Positions 18,433 through 27,174 are shown, counted from the stretch's first letter. The stretch: DNA of 64,000 nucleotides from Candidatus Omnitrophota bacterium (GCA_029570205.1 JAKQSI010000042.1:52936-116935); one strand, 5' to 3'. Numbers and translations: made by a program. Notes: generated by a model from the letters alone, not told the origin.

Positions 18433-19662
18433 TCATTTTGATCCAAGTCCTCTTCGAACAGCGATCACAATCCCCACCAGAATAACAACCCCAAATCCGG
18501 CGATTGTCCAGAGGACTGTTCGAGTATAGAGGTCAGGTTTCCGTTCCTCGGAAGATGGAGGATCGATTGCCCGCGACGGAACAGGCTGCTCGACAACCGG
18601 CGCAGACTCGGCTCCGAACTCCACAACCTGCTCGCTGTATCCGAACAGAGGATCCGTGTTCGGATTCTCGGAAGATATTCCCACCGTCTCCCCGGACAGG
18701 CCGGAAGCCAGTATCTGGCCGATCTCCATTTTCACCATCGGGTTCTCCGCATCAAAACCGGCCGATTCGATCACTTGCGATCGCATGGTGGAATCCCAAC
18801 GGAGAGGCACAGGCATCCCCATAATCAGGCTCCGGTCCAGGCCGCATTCGCACGATGCGCCAACCAGCCCAAGCAACGAAAAAAGGCGGCTTTCAACAAT
18901 CTCGTCTCGGTGCAAAACCGGCCCCATCCTGCGCCCTCTTCCGTACAGCGCCACGACATGAGGATCGTTTAATGCTTCCTCATCGAGATTCATACCCCAC
19001 AACAACACTTGCTCATTCGGAAATGATTTTGGAGAAATCCGAACCAGGTAAGGATTCACCTCCACAGGTTTCGGCAATTGGTCTGCCAATCCGGTGATCC
19101 GCTCGATAGCACGTTGAATGTGCTGCAAGGCCCGCTGATTCGCTTCCGCATCTTGTCCCTCGATCAGAAGAACAACGCAGTATGATTTCACGAGATGCTC
19201 CAGGATGTCCCGGCGGACCGGAGAATCACAGGCCTGCTCGAGGGATGTCATTAAAGAGTCCGATGTTTCGGCAATGGGGAGCAACAGGGACCTTCCATCC
19301 GGCGCAACAAGAACACAGGCGGGAGATTGGAGATTCTGCCCTGAGGGAAAATATCGGAGCGCGGGATGATCCGGCTCGCTGTCCGTGCGGACAATCTCAG
19401 GCTGGATATTGGAGTCCATCAGGGCAACCAGCGCGGCCCTGTCGAACGCCTCGATTCGAGCCGGGGGAGTTTGGTCCCCGACGAAGCAATAGAGATGGTA
19501 CAAATCGCCCGGGAACTGAACAAACCCGACATCGCGAACCGTATATCGGCAGGCATGGGCGTGCGAAACGAAGAAGAGCAGCACAAAGAAAACTGCCGGG
19601 AAAAACGCAGATGTCTTGGGAATCATACATAACATTATCCGAAGGAGTGTGGCGAGGGTCAA
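18433..19662 (-). CDS. Hypothetical envelope protein with a signal peptide and a C-terminal transmembrane anchor
   Basis: 409 aa. The N-terminal hydrophobic segment ends SHAHA-C and is followed by CRYTVRDVGFV. The C-terminal TM is VLWTIAGFGVVILVGIVIAV, followed by RRG. I recognise no family. Confidence 0.7.
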   Translation of the reverse strand: MTLATLLRIMLCMIPKTSAFFPAVFFVLLFFVSHAHACRYTVRDVGFVQFPGDLYHLYCFVGDQTPPARIEAFDRAALVALMDSNIQPEIVRTDSEPDHPALRYFPSGQNLQSPACVLVAPDGRSLLLPIAETSDSLMTSLEQACDSPVRRDILEHLVKSYCVVLLIEGQDAEANQRALQHIQRAIERITGLADQLPKPVEVNPYLVRISPKSFPNEQVLLWGMNLDEEALNDPHVVALYGRGRRMGPVLHRDEIVESRLFSLLGLVGASCECGLDRSLIMGMPVPLRWDSTMRSQVIESAGFDAENPMVKMEIGQILASGLSGETVGISSENPNTDPLFGYSEQVVEFGAESAPVVEQPVPSRAIDPPSSEERKPDLYTRTVLWTIAGFGVVILVGIVIAVRRGLGSK

Positions 19663-19675
19663 GGAAGAGGAACCA

Positions 19676-20489
19676 ATTGACTCATATTAAAGCTTACCGA
19701 AGGGAGAGAGAAAAGAGGATCGTTGACTCATAATTGAGGATACCGAGAAACGAGGTGTCGGAAATTATGAGTGGCATGTTGAGAAAAGAATATTTAAGAG
19801 AGATATGCGGGTGGACGGAGAATCGAGCGACGTGGAATCGGGGCGCGCGAGGCGTTCTGACTCAGATTCAGGACATGGAAACCTCCCTGGTGTTTCCGAT
19901 TCTGGGGTTTGATTGCGACAACGGTTCCGAGTTTCTGAATTATCATCTGTTCCGGTATTGGACCGGTCGGAACTCCCCGGTCTCGTTTACACGCGGTCGT
20001 CCGTATCATACCAATGACAGTGCGCACGTCGAGCAAAAGAATTGGACCCATGTTCGCCAATTATTGGGCTATGATCGGTTCAGTAATCCGGATTTAGTGG
20101 AACCGATCAACGGTCTCTACGCCCACGAGTGGAGCCAATTCCAGAATTTCTTTTGTCCCACCTTGAAACTCGAAAGCAAGGAACGGATCCACTCCAAAAT
20201 ACGGCGCCGGTACGGGAAACCACAGACACCCGCCGAACGTCTGCTGGAGTGTCCGGATGTGACCTGTGAGGCCAAACAGCGTCTTCGGGACACCCTGCGT
20301 TCCCTGAATCCGTTCCAGCTTCGGGAAGCCATTGAACGGAAACTCAAAATGATTTTCAATCTTCGTGAGGAAACGAAATATGGGTCAGCGATTTGCTCTG
20401 AACGGGTGTTTAACTCCAGTCGGCCTACGGCCTCCTTCCGTTAAACACCCGTTCACTTACCCCTTCGGTAAGCTTTTCCCATGAGTCAA
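19676..20489 (+). mobile_element. Internally deleted insertion-sequence remnant bounded by imperfect terminal inverted repeats
   Basis: The left end TTGACTCATATTAAAGCTTACCGAAGGG (19676-19703) is the inverted match of the right end CCCTTCGGTAAGCTTTTCCCATGAGTCAA (20461-20489). Between them lies only the C-terminal part of an rve-type transposase. Confidence 0.65.
19734..20444 (+). pseudogene. Truncated DDE (rve/integrase-core) transposase, N-terminal part missing
   Basis: The 236-aa ORF begins at TTG right after an in-frame TAA. It contains FDCDNGSEF and RGRPYHTNDSAHVEQKNWTHVR (second D and E region of a DDE core), but no first catalytic D region and no HTH domain. Confidence 0.7.
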
Positions 20490-20550
20490 CGCGGTACAGA
20501 AATGTAAACTATAGTGTACAGAATAATGTGCAGAATAGCAACCCACGCAT

Positions 20551-20584
20551 AAAAAAACGGGAGACCGAGCGGTCTCCCGTTTTC
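20551..20584. terminator. Bidirectional rho-independent terminator (serves trpB2 on the minus strand)
   Basis: Perfect 9-bp stem CGGGAGACC (20558-20566) / GGTCTCCCG (20571-20579) with loop GAGC, flanked by AAAAAAA upstream and TTTT downstream. Confidence 0.8.
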
Positions 20585-20612
20585 CTTCAAGAGATCAATC
20601 CTGTATGGCCGA

Positions 20613-21965
20613 TCACACTTTCGGCAGTTTTGCCAAGGCTTCCTGGAGCTTCTCTTCCGGGAAATCATAGTCCATCAGTTCCCCGGCGAAGTAGCGATCA
20701 TACGCGCCCAAGTCGAAATAGCCGTGGCCGGAGCAATTGAAGACAATGACCTTCTCTTTGCCTTCCTCCTTGGCCCGCAAGGCTTCTTCGATGGCAACCG
20801 CGATGGCATGAGAGGTCTCCGGGGCCGGAAGAAACCCTTCGGTGCGGGTGAATTGAATGGCCGCATCGAAGACCTTTGTCTGGTAGACTGCGACAGCCTC
20901 GATCAGTTTTTCGTGTACCAGGAGGCACAGGCTTTGGGCAGCGCCATGATAGCGCAATCCGCCCGCGTGGATTCCCGGCGGCACGAAGGTGTGACCCAAT
21001 GTATACTGTTTCAGCACCGGAGTGAGATGGGCGGTATCGCCGTAATCGTAAGCATAACGGCCCCTGGTTAATGTCGGACAGGCAGTAGGCTCCACGGCGA
21101 TGACACGCAGATCGTTACCCCGCATCTTTCTTTTCATAAACGGATACGCAAATCCGGCGAAGTTGCTGCCGCCACCGACACAACCGATCAGAATATCCGG
21201 CTTTTCATCGACCAGCGCGAGCTGCTTTTCGGTTTCCAGGCCGACAACGGTCTGGTGGAGCAGGACGTGGTTCAGAACGCTGCCAAGGGAGTACCGGGTG
21301 TCGTCGTGCTTCACCGCGTCCTCGACAGCTTCGCTGATGGCGATGCCCAGAGAGCCGGGGCAGTCGGGGTCCTCGGCGAGGATGGCCCGCCCGGAATCGG
21401 TGAGATCCGTCGGGCTGGCGAAAACCTCGGCTCCGAACGATTGCATAAACGATTTGCGGTAAGGTTTCTGTTGATAACTGACCTTGACCATGTACACGGT
21501 GCATTTCAACCCGAACATGCACGCGGCAAAGGCAAGCGCGCTCCCCCATTGCCCCGCACCGGTTTCTGTGGCCAGGCGGGAAATGCCCTCTTGTTTGTTG
21601 TAATAGGCCTGCGGGACGGCGGTATTGGGTTTGTGGCTTCCCGGTGGGCTGACCCCTTCGTTCTTGTAGTAGATTCGTGCAGGGGTCTTCAGGGCTTTCT
21701 CCAGGGCGGTTGCGCGAATCAGCGGCGTTGGCCGCCACACTTGATAGATCCGCCGGACATCGTCCGGAATAGGTATCCAGCGCTCCTGAGAAACCTCCTG
21801 CCGGATCAGTTCCATCGGGAAGATGGCAGCGAGCTGGTCCGGCGTGATCGGTTGATAGGTCTCCGGATGAAGCGGCGGATCCAACGGCCTCGGAAGGTCG
21901 GGAATGATATTGTACCACTCCTGGGGGATATCCTTCTCACTGAGCAAAATCTTACGTGTGTCCAT
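20613..21965 (-). CDS. trpB: Tryptophan synthase beta chain, TrpB2 (long, stand-alone type)
   Basis: 450 aa with the N-terminal extension typical of TrpB2 ([18 protein letters not shown]...PLHP) and PLP-enzyme motifs ([23 protein letters not shown]). No trpA is adjacent. Confidence 0.9.
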   Translation of the reverse strand: MDTRKILLSEKDIPQEWYNIIPDLPRPLDPPLHPETYQPITPDQLAAIFPMELIRQEVSQERWIPIPDDVRRIYQVWRPTPLIRATALEKALKTPARIYYKNEGVSPPGSHKPNTAVPQAYYNKQEGISRLATETGAGQWGSALAFAACMFGLKCTVYMVKVSYQQKPYRKSFMQSFGAEVFASPTDLTDSGRAILAEDPDCPGSLGIAISEAVEDAVKHDDTRYSLGSVLNHVLLHQTVVGLETEKQLALVDEKPDILIGCVGGGSNFAGFAYPFMKRKMRGNDLRVIAVEPTACPTLTRGRYAYDYGDTAHLTPVLKQYTLGHTFVPPGIHAGGLRYHGAAQSLCLLVHEKLIEAVAVYQTKVFDAAIQFTRTEGFLPAPETSHAIAVAIEEALRAKEEGKEKVIVFNCSGHGYFDLGAYDRYFAGELMDYDFPEEKLQEALAKLPKV

Positions 21966-22308
21966 TCATTCAATCTCCTTCACGGTGGGTCATCAAGTAT
22001 CCACACATCCTGCAACTATGCCACAGCCGAAGGGGAATGCCAAGGAAATCACCCCTTTTTCAGCGATTCCGCAACAAGTTGCTGGAAGGAGGGGTTGGGT
22101 GAAGGAATTGCTGGGTTTACGGGTTGGAGGGGATACTGGGGAGATTCGACGGGGAGATTTGGGTGGGTAAATAGTGGAAAATGGAAGGGATTGTCGGTGC
22201 AAAGGACAGGCCGTGGGAATGCACCAGTTGGGCCAGGCGGGAACGCCGTTCCCGTTCCGCCTTTGTCAGTTTGGCACGGCCAGGCATAATCTGCCCCCCT
22301 GCGAATGC

Positions 22309-22352
22309 AAAAGGAAATCTCGAATGCGAATCTGCTTTCACTTCGAGATTCC
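22309..22352 (-). terminator. Rho-independent terminator downstream of corA
   Basis: On the minus strand the arms GGAATCTCGAA and TTCGAGATTTCC pair (one bulged base) and are followed by TTTTG. The hairpin lies 70-110 nt after the corA stop. Confidence 0.6.
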
Positions 22353-22420
22353 CACCTGACTCAATATGGCGCCAACGGTTAGAGCATCAAAAATATCCAT
22401 GTCGCGGAATCGCTGAACAA

Positions 22421-23515
22421 TCACAACCACCTTTTGCGTTTGAAAAACAGCACCAATATACCGGTCACCACAACCATCAATCCAAGTGCGAACGGATATC
22501 CCCAATACCAACTCAATTCGGGCATATTCCAGGGAGAGACCTCCGTATTGAAATTCATCCCGTAAATCCCTGCGATAAACGTGAGCGGAATGAAAATGGT
22601 GGCAATCACTGTCAGCACTTTCATCACGTCGTTCATCCGGGCGCTCACCGAGGACAGATAAAGGTCCATCAAATCCGAAGCCTGGTCCTCAAAAATCTCG
22701 ATCAGTTCCGTGATATGAAGGGCGTGGTCATGACAATCCCGAAGATAAACCCGCGTAGTTTCCGTGAGCGAAGGAAAATCGTCCTTCATCAGCATGTCCA
22801 CAACGTCCGGCAGGGGCCAGACGGCTTTGCGCAGGGTTCGGAGTTCGCGTTTCAGGTCGTGAATTCTGGATCTGCCCTCATCGGTCGGTTGATCGAAAAT
22901 TTCATCTTCCAGCTCCTCCAAACGCATATCGAGGGTCTCCAGAATCGGGAGGTAATGATCGATTATGGAGTCCAGCAAAGCATATCCCAGGTAATCGGCC
23001 CCCATGTTCCGTATGCGCCCTCGTTTTCCCCGAATACGGTCCCGGATCACTCCCACCCCATCTCCGCTTCGCTCCTGAAAGGTCAGCACATAGTTCTTTC
23101 CGATGAAAATACTCAGTTGCTCGGTCTCAAAAGGTTCCTCGTCTCTGGGGATATGGCCGACAAGAAAAAGGTGATCTTCGTACGGTTCGAATTTGCCGCG
23201 CTGATTGTTGCTGACCACATCCTCCAGGGCCAGTCTGTGCAGGTTGAACAGAATGCCGATTTGCTGAATGACTTGCGCATCGCCCAATCCTGTTACTTGA
23301 ATCCAGGTTACCGGCCATTTCCGAAGATACTCAGAGAGACTGCCTACAGAGGAAACATCCTCCTCAATCCAGGCGTCCGGGCCGTATGCCAGGACCCGGA
23401 TTGCAGGTCGGGGAGACTCGAAATCCGCCGTCAATATGCCCGGAACCGATCCGGGCAGGAAATTCTTCCCGACCAGCCTTTTTCGGATGTGCCGTCTTCT
23501 GGACTTTCGGCTCAT
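22421..23515 (-). CDS. corA: Magnesium/cobalt transporter CorA
   Basis: 364 aa with two C-terminal TMs and the signature YGMNF (GIYGMNFN) in the loop-proximal position. Confidence 0.92.
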   Translation of the reverse strand: MSRKSRRRHIRKRLVGKNFLPGSVPGILTADFESPRPAIRVLAYGPDAWIEEDVSSVGSLSEYLRKWPVTWIQVTGLGDAQVIQQIGILFNLHRLALEDVVSNNQRGKFEPYEDHLFLVGHIPRDEEPFETEQLSIFIGKNYVLTFQERSGDGVGVIRDRIRGKRGRIRNMGADYLGYALLDSIIDHYLPILETLDMRLEELEDEIFDQPTDEGRSRIHDLKRELRTLRKAVWPLPDVVDMLMKDDFPSLTETTRVYLRDCHDHALHITELIEIFEDQASDLMDLYLSSVSARMNDVMKVLTVIATIFIPLTFIAGIYGMNFNTEVSPWNMPELSWYWGYPFALGLMVVVTGILVLFFKRKRWL

Positions 23516-23599
23516 AAAGATCTCCCGTGAGAATCAATGTCGTCAGGCTCGGCAAGCGAATCAAGGGAAACTCTCTCAGAATTTGGGAATTAACTCAAG

Positions 23600-23627
23600 A
23601 GCCTCTCCCCCATGATGGGGGAAATAC
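23600..23627. repeat. Short family-B-like hairpin
   Basis: gcctctcccccatgatgggggaaataca contains a CCCCC/GGGGG stem around ATCAT. Confidence 0.4.
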
Positions 23628-23664
23628 AGAGTGGGTTGAATTCACTAGACTTATCAAGTCATTC

Positions 23665-25155
23665 TCAACGCTGTTTCTTGTTTCGGATTCCCTTCAGAAT
23701 AGCGTAAGGGAAATAGGTGAAATGGCGTAACCCAGGAATATTGGAAACATGCCGCATCACATTCCGAATTTCCGTGGACAACCGGACCAGAACCACGTCC
23801 TCCTTGACCTCCCCGACCTCCTTAATCAGGATCAATCGCCGGACCGCGTAAAGTCCGAATATGAACGAGAAGACAAAGAGAAAGTCCAACCCACGCAATT
23901 GAATCGGGGTCCACTGTATCTCGTGATGGGCCATGAGATCGGATATCCAATGGAGGGTAATCTTGAATTCCTGTGTGGCCAGGCCATCTGCCGCCATCCC
24001 TGCAAGCAGAGGAGCCACGGTTGCCGCGCATCCCGATACGAGGGCATTCGTCGCCAGGTAGGCGGTTGCCCGGCCACGCGGGGCGCTTTTCAGCGCAATC
24101 CCCCTCGAACACAGCGTCACCCCGGCTGTCGAAACTCCAGCCAAGGTATGAATCACAATCAATAAAAGCAGCGCGAACCGATCGGACCCCGGCGCTGTCG
24201 TAAACGGCCAGAGAATCACACTGAGCATAAACATCGGCCCGCAAATCGCAAGAACCGACTTATTGGAGTATGCGTCCGCCAGCCGACCCCAAATCCGCAG
24301 AAACAGCACGTTCACAATCTGGCTCAGTGTGGACAGCAACAACACGACACTCATGCTGAGATTCAACCGCTGAAGCATGTACACCGCAAAGAAAGGCGCA
24401 GACAGGTTGGCCGCGAACTGCCACGCCGCCAGAAAAAACAACAGCATTCGATAATTTGTATCTCGAATCGGCTCCATCAGGATGGAGATAAGACTCCGCC
24501 CGGGCAGAATCTCCATCCTGGGTTCCGGGATACGCGCCAGGCAAACCACACCGATCATTCCGGACAACATGCCGACCGAAAAAACCATGCTGTAAACATA
24601 TAGATCATTGGCATATCGCGCTTTATAGAAATCAATCCCAAACGCGGCCAGCAATCCCATCACCATCGCGATTCCGGTCGCCCAAGCCATCCGGTCCGCC
24701 CAGAATCGTCCCATCACCTCATCGGGAATCAGGTCCCGAATCCAGGAATTGAAAGCACACGTGCTGATCGCATTCAGCGAAAAATAGCCGAAAAGAGCGA
24801 TCAGAAAAATTTCCAGCCGGTGCGGCCCCTCCGAGAAAAACGGCAAAACAATGATCACCAGCCAGAACAAACGTCCCCAGAAAGACGCTGTGACCGAAAG
24901 CGCTTTACGCCGCCGCGTCTTCTCCACCAGGAAAATCGACGGGATCTGAAGAATCTGCGTCAAAGGACCCACCGCCGAGATCAAGCCCACGACTGTGTTG
25001 GAGGCTCCAAGAAGCAGGGCATAAGCAATCAGAAATGCTCCGCCTGTGAGGCTCCCCATCATATTGGAGAAAACCCCATCCCACAGGATCATCCGAAGAC
25101 CCTTTTCATGCGATTCCTGCGATATGCTGGTTTGTGGAGAAAGCCAACGAAACAT
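23665..25155 (-). CDS. MFS transporter
   Basis: Polytopic hydrophobic protein with about 12 or more TM segments. The ORF is open to 25374, but a terminator hairpin (25347-25387) and a perfect palindrome lie inside that extension. I therefore place the start at Met-74 (MFRWLSPQ, 25155). Confidence 0.8.
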   Translation of the reverse strand: MFRWLSPQTSISQESHEKGLRMILWDGVFSNMMGSLTGGAFLIAYALLLGASNTVVGLISAVGPLTQILQIPSIFLVEKTRRRKALSVTASFWGRLFWLVIIVLPFFSEGPHRLEIFLIALFGYFSLNAISTCAFNSWIRDLIPDEVMGRFWADRMAWATGIAMVMGLLAAFGIDFYKARYANDLYVYSMVFSVGMLSGMIGVVCLARIPEPRMEILPGRSLISILMEPIRDTNYRMLLFFLAAWQFAANLSAPFFAVYMLQRLNLSMSVVLLLSTLSQIVNVLFLRIWGRLADAYSNKSVLAICGPMFMLSVILWPFTTAPGSDRFALLLLIVIHTLAGVSTAGVTLCSRGIALKSAPRGRATAYLATNALVSGCAATVAPLLAGMAADGLATQEFKITLHWISDLMAHHEIQWTPIQLRGLDFLFVFSFIFGLYAVRRLILIKEVGEVKEDVVLVRLSTEIRNVMRHVSNIPGLRHFTYFPYAILKGIRNKKQR

Positions 25156-25229
25156 GCCGATTGCCTGAATTTCCTGCTGTCGGCGGACATTGTAGACCGC
25201 GTGGACGCAGTGGACCGTCTTCACACAAA

Positions 25230-25264
25230 GATATCGCGCCCGGCTATACACCAGGCGCGATATC
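25230..25264. promoter_or_regulatory. Perfect 11-bp inverted repeat upstream of the MFS gene (candidate operator or 5'-UTR hairpin)
   Basis: GATATCGCGCC (25230-25240) and GGCGCGATATC (25254-25264) are separated by 13 nt, 75 nt upstream of the proposed MFS start. Confidence 0.35.
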
Positions 25265-25329
25265 CCCATTTTTCTGCAATTTACAAAGCATTCACACGTT
25301 TGAAAACACCACACCCGTTCAAGTCTATG

Positions 25330-25388
25330 AAAAAGGAGAAGGAAAAAGCCCGTTCGCCGGGCCGGTAATCCCAATTACGAACGGGCTT
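25330..25388 (-). terminator. Rho-independent terminator of the secreted repeat-protein gene
   Basis: On the minus strand the stem AGCCCGTTCG / CGAACGGGCT (10 bp, plus-strand coordinates 25347-25356 and 25378-25387) is followed by TTTTTCCTTCTCCTTTTT. Confidence 0.7.
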
Positions 25389-25413
25389 CTCTTCTGCTTA
25401 CCAATCCCTCAAA

Positions 25414-26979
25414 TCAATAAATCGACCAATCCTGAATATCCACCGGTTTCAATGGGTTCTCGAAAATGCGAAGCACCGGGTCATTCAACGGCAGACCGAA
25501 CGCTTTCGCCAACTGTTTCATCAGGTCGGGGACCCCGGGCACGATGGTTGTGCCGTCCATCACAGCCGCAACCTGCGAATTGATCGCACAGCGCGGCTGA
25601 TGAATATCCCCCGCGGGGACCTGGCCGTACGGACCATAGTCGACCACCGAGGGTTCCGTTCGGTAATTCTTGAATACCGGGAACTCGCCACCATGGGGAT
25701 TCCCGTTTTTGTCGAAGAACCGTCCGAAGATCTGCAGCTCGCCTTCAGCTTCGCCGAACCGGCCGTCTTGCCACACCACAAACACATTACCGTTTTCATC
25801 CATATCGACAGATGTTCGATCGACCAAGCCGTAGTAATTCACCAAATCCGACTCATCGAAACGCACCCAGTTCCGAACGGAGCCATCTACATTGTAATAA
25901 ATCAATGCTCCAATCGCGTCATTGCCGGATTCCACCTTCACGCTCTTTACCACCAGATCTTTCCCATTGCTGGCGATCATGCTGCTGTCGCCGCGCCCCC
26001 CCGAATCAGTGCCAAAAGTAAAAGCAAATCCTTCCACAAGTTCCACCCCAGCGAGCGACTCATGATCCGGCATGGACGGTGTTCGCGGCGTGCCGTCATT
26101 GTTGTACCAGCGCATTCCAAGCCCGTGATCGATCATAAACCCGCCGTCAAACGCCACGATATTTTGGTAAACAACACTGCTGTTGCCGGTCCCGATGTAT
26201 TGACCGTTTTCATCGGTGTGTACCAGGAATGGGGCCTTTTTTTGCGTTCCATCCGGCCCGAGGATCACCGCAACAACCGCCTCACCGCCGACAAGACCTG
26301 CCGCGTCTTTCGCATCGTCGCTCTGCTGACGGTCTTCCCCAATAGCCACGATATCCCCATTGCTGAGAATGACCGCACCGATATCCCGGTAACCTCCCTC
26401 CTCAGCGGTCAGAGTGCCGAAGGCGTTGATGCTGGTCCCTCTGGGAGTGCCGTCATTGTTGAACAGTTGCACGAGGGTAAACGCCTCATCCCCGAGCTCA
26501 TCCGCGAATTCCCATCCCAGAGTGGCGGCATATTGGCCTTGGTTATGAACGACAAAACCGTTCCCGTTCGTGCGATCCGCCGCTGCGCCGTGAGTGAACG
26601 CACCCCACGCTCCACCCAATGATGGATAATCGCATACCGGGATCGGGGCGCCCGTGGAATCGTAACTGCCGCTGATCGGCAGAGGGGTAAGTTGCGACCC
26701 ATCCGGCCCAAAAATCAGAAACTCACTTCCGCCGAGCCACCCGGGTTGCTCCATATCCATAGCCAATTTAAAGGCCACAATACTGCCGTTCTTCAATGCA
26801 ATAACCCAGATATTGTCGTAATTCGCCATGTCTGCGCCGTACGCGCGCCAGGGTGTCAAATCGCCGGTTACCGCGGTAATCCCGGCCTCTTCCGGAGAAC
26901 TGGCGGATTGCACAACCGTCGCCAGGGGAACCAACAGAATCGTCAGTCCCACTGTCCACAGACAGAACCGTTTTTTCAT
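25414..26979 (-). CDS. Secreted hypothetical protein with recurring N-x-D-G-(T/S/N)-P-type blades (beta-propeller-like)
   Basis: I place the start at MKKRFCLWTVGLTILLVPLATVVQSAS (26979), preceded by AAGGAGAG. Recurrent units are FNNDGTPRG, YNNDGTPRT, YNVDGSVRN and FDKNGNPHG. I recognise no family. Confidence 0.75.
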   Translation of the reverse strand: MKKRFCLWTVGLTILLVPLATVVQSASSPEEAGITAVTGDLTPWRAYGADMANYDNIWVIALKNGSIVAFKLAMDMEQPGWLGGSEFLIFGPDGSQLTPLPISGSYDSTGAPIPVCDYPSLGGAWGAFTHGAAADRTNGNGFVVHNQGQYAATLGWEFADELGDEAFTLVQLFNNDGTPRGTSINAFGTLTAEEGGYRDIGAVILSNGDIVAIGEDRQQSDDAKDAAGLVGGEAVVAVILGPDGTQKKAPFLVHTDENGQYIGTGNSSVVYQNIVAFDGGFMIDHGLGMRWYNNDGTPRTPSMPDHESLAGVELVEGFAFTFGTDSGGRGDSSMIASNGKDLVVKSVKVESGNDAIGALIYYNVDGSVRNWVRFDESDLVNYYGLVDRTSVDMDENGNVFVVWQDGRFGEAEGELQIFGRFFDKNGNPHGGEFPVFKNYRTEPSVVDYGPYGQVPAGDIHQPRCAINSQVAAVMDGTTIVPGVPDLMKQLAKAFGLPLNDPVLRIFENPLKPVDIQDWSIY

Positions 26980-27036
26980 TCTCTGCTCTCCTTTGAACTG
27001 TGAAGTTTCGGGGGGTAGCCCCATTGATTTGTACGA

Positions 27037-27065
27037 AATATAGCACGGAATCAAATGACTTGCAA
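27037..27065 (-). promoter_or_regulatory. Sigma-70-type promoter for the secreted repeat-protein gene
   Basis: On the minus strand: TTGCAA (27065-27060), a 17-nt spacer, then TATATT (27042-27037). It is about 55 nt upstream of the ATG at 26979. Confidence 0.5.
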
Positions 27066-27174
27066 CCGCCAGAGAGTGATAATCAAGGATAATCAAGATT
27101 CAGGGGCGAGTTTTTCCCAATCGGTTCGCAAATAATTCCTTTCCCGTCGCTTTCCCTATCAACCTTCTCTTCTG

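Noticed and set aside
19734-20444. The transposase ORF as an intact gene
   Set aside because: It starts at TTG immediately after an in-frame stop. It lacks the N-terminal DNA-binding region and the first catalytic Asp region, and the element is only about 0.8 kb between its inverted repeats.
22270-22290. TGGCACGGCCAGGCAT as a possible sigma-54 (-24/-12) promoter
   Set aside because: The -12 element does not match TTGC at the required spacing. Other TGGCAC occurrences (for example 63284) also fail, or lie inside genes.
22117-22341. 74-aa minus-strand ORF (internal Met gives MPGRAKLTKAERERRSRLAQLV...) in the corA-trpB2 spacer
   Set aside because: Its 5' part overlaps the corA terminator hairpin, and its C-terminal half is low-complexity sequence read from G-rich repeats. 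The basic helix-like N-terminus is suggestive of a DNA-binding fragment, but I cannot support a gene call.
23516-23664. Possible Mg-sensing (M-box) leader upstream of corA
   Set aside because: The spacer is only 149 nt and shows none of the conserved M-box sequence blocks I can recall. It mainly contains a family-B-like hairpin.
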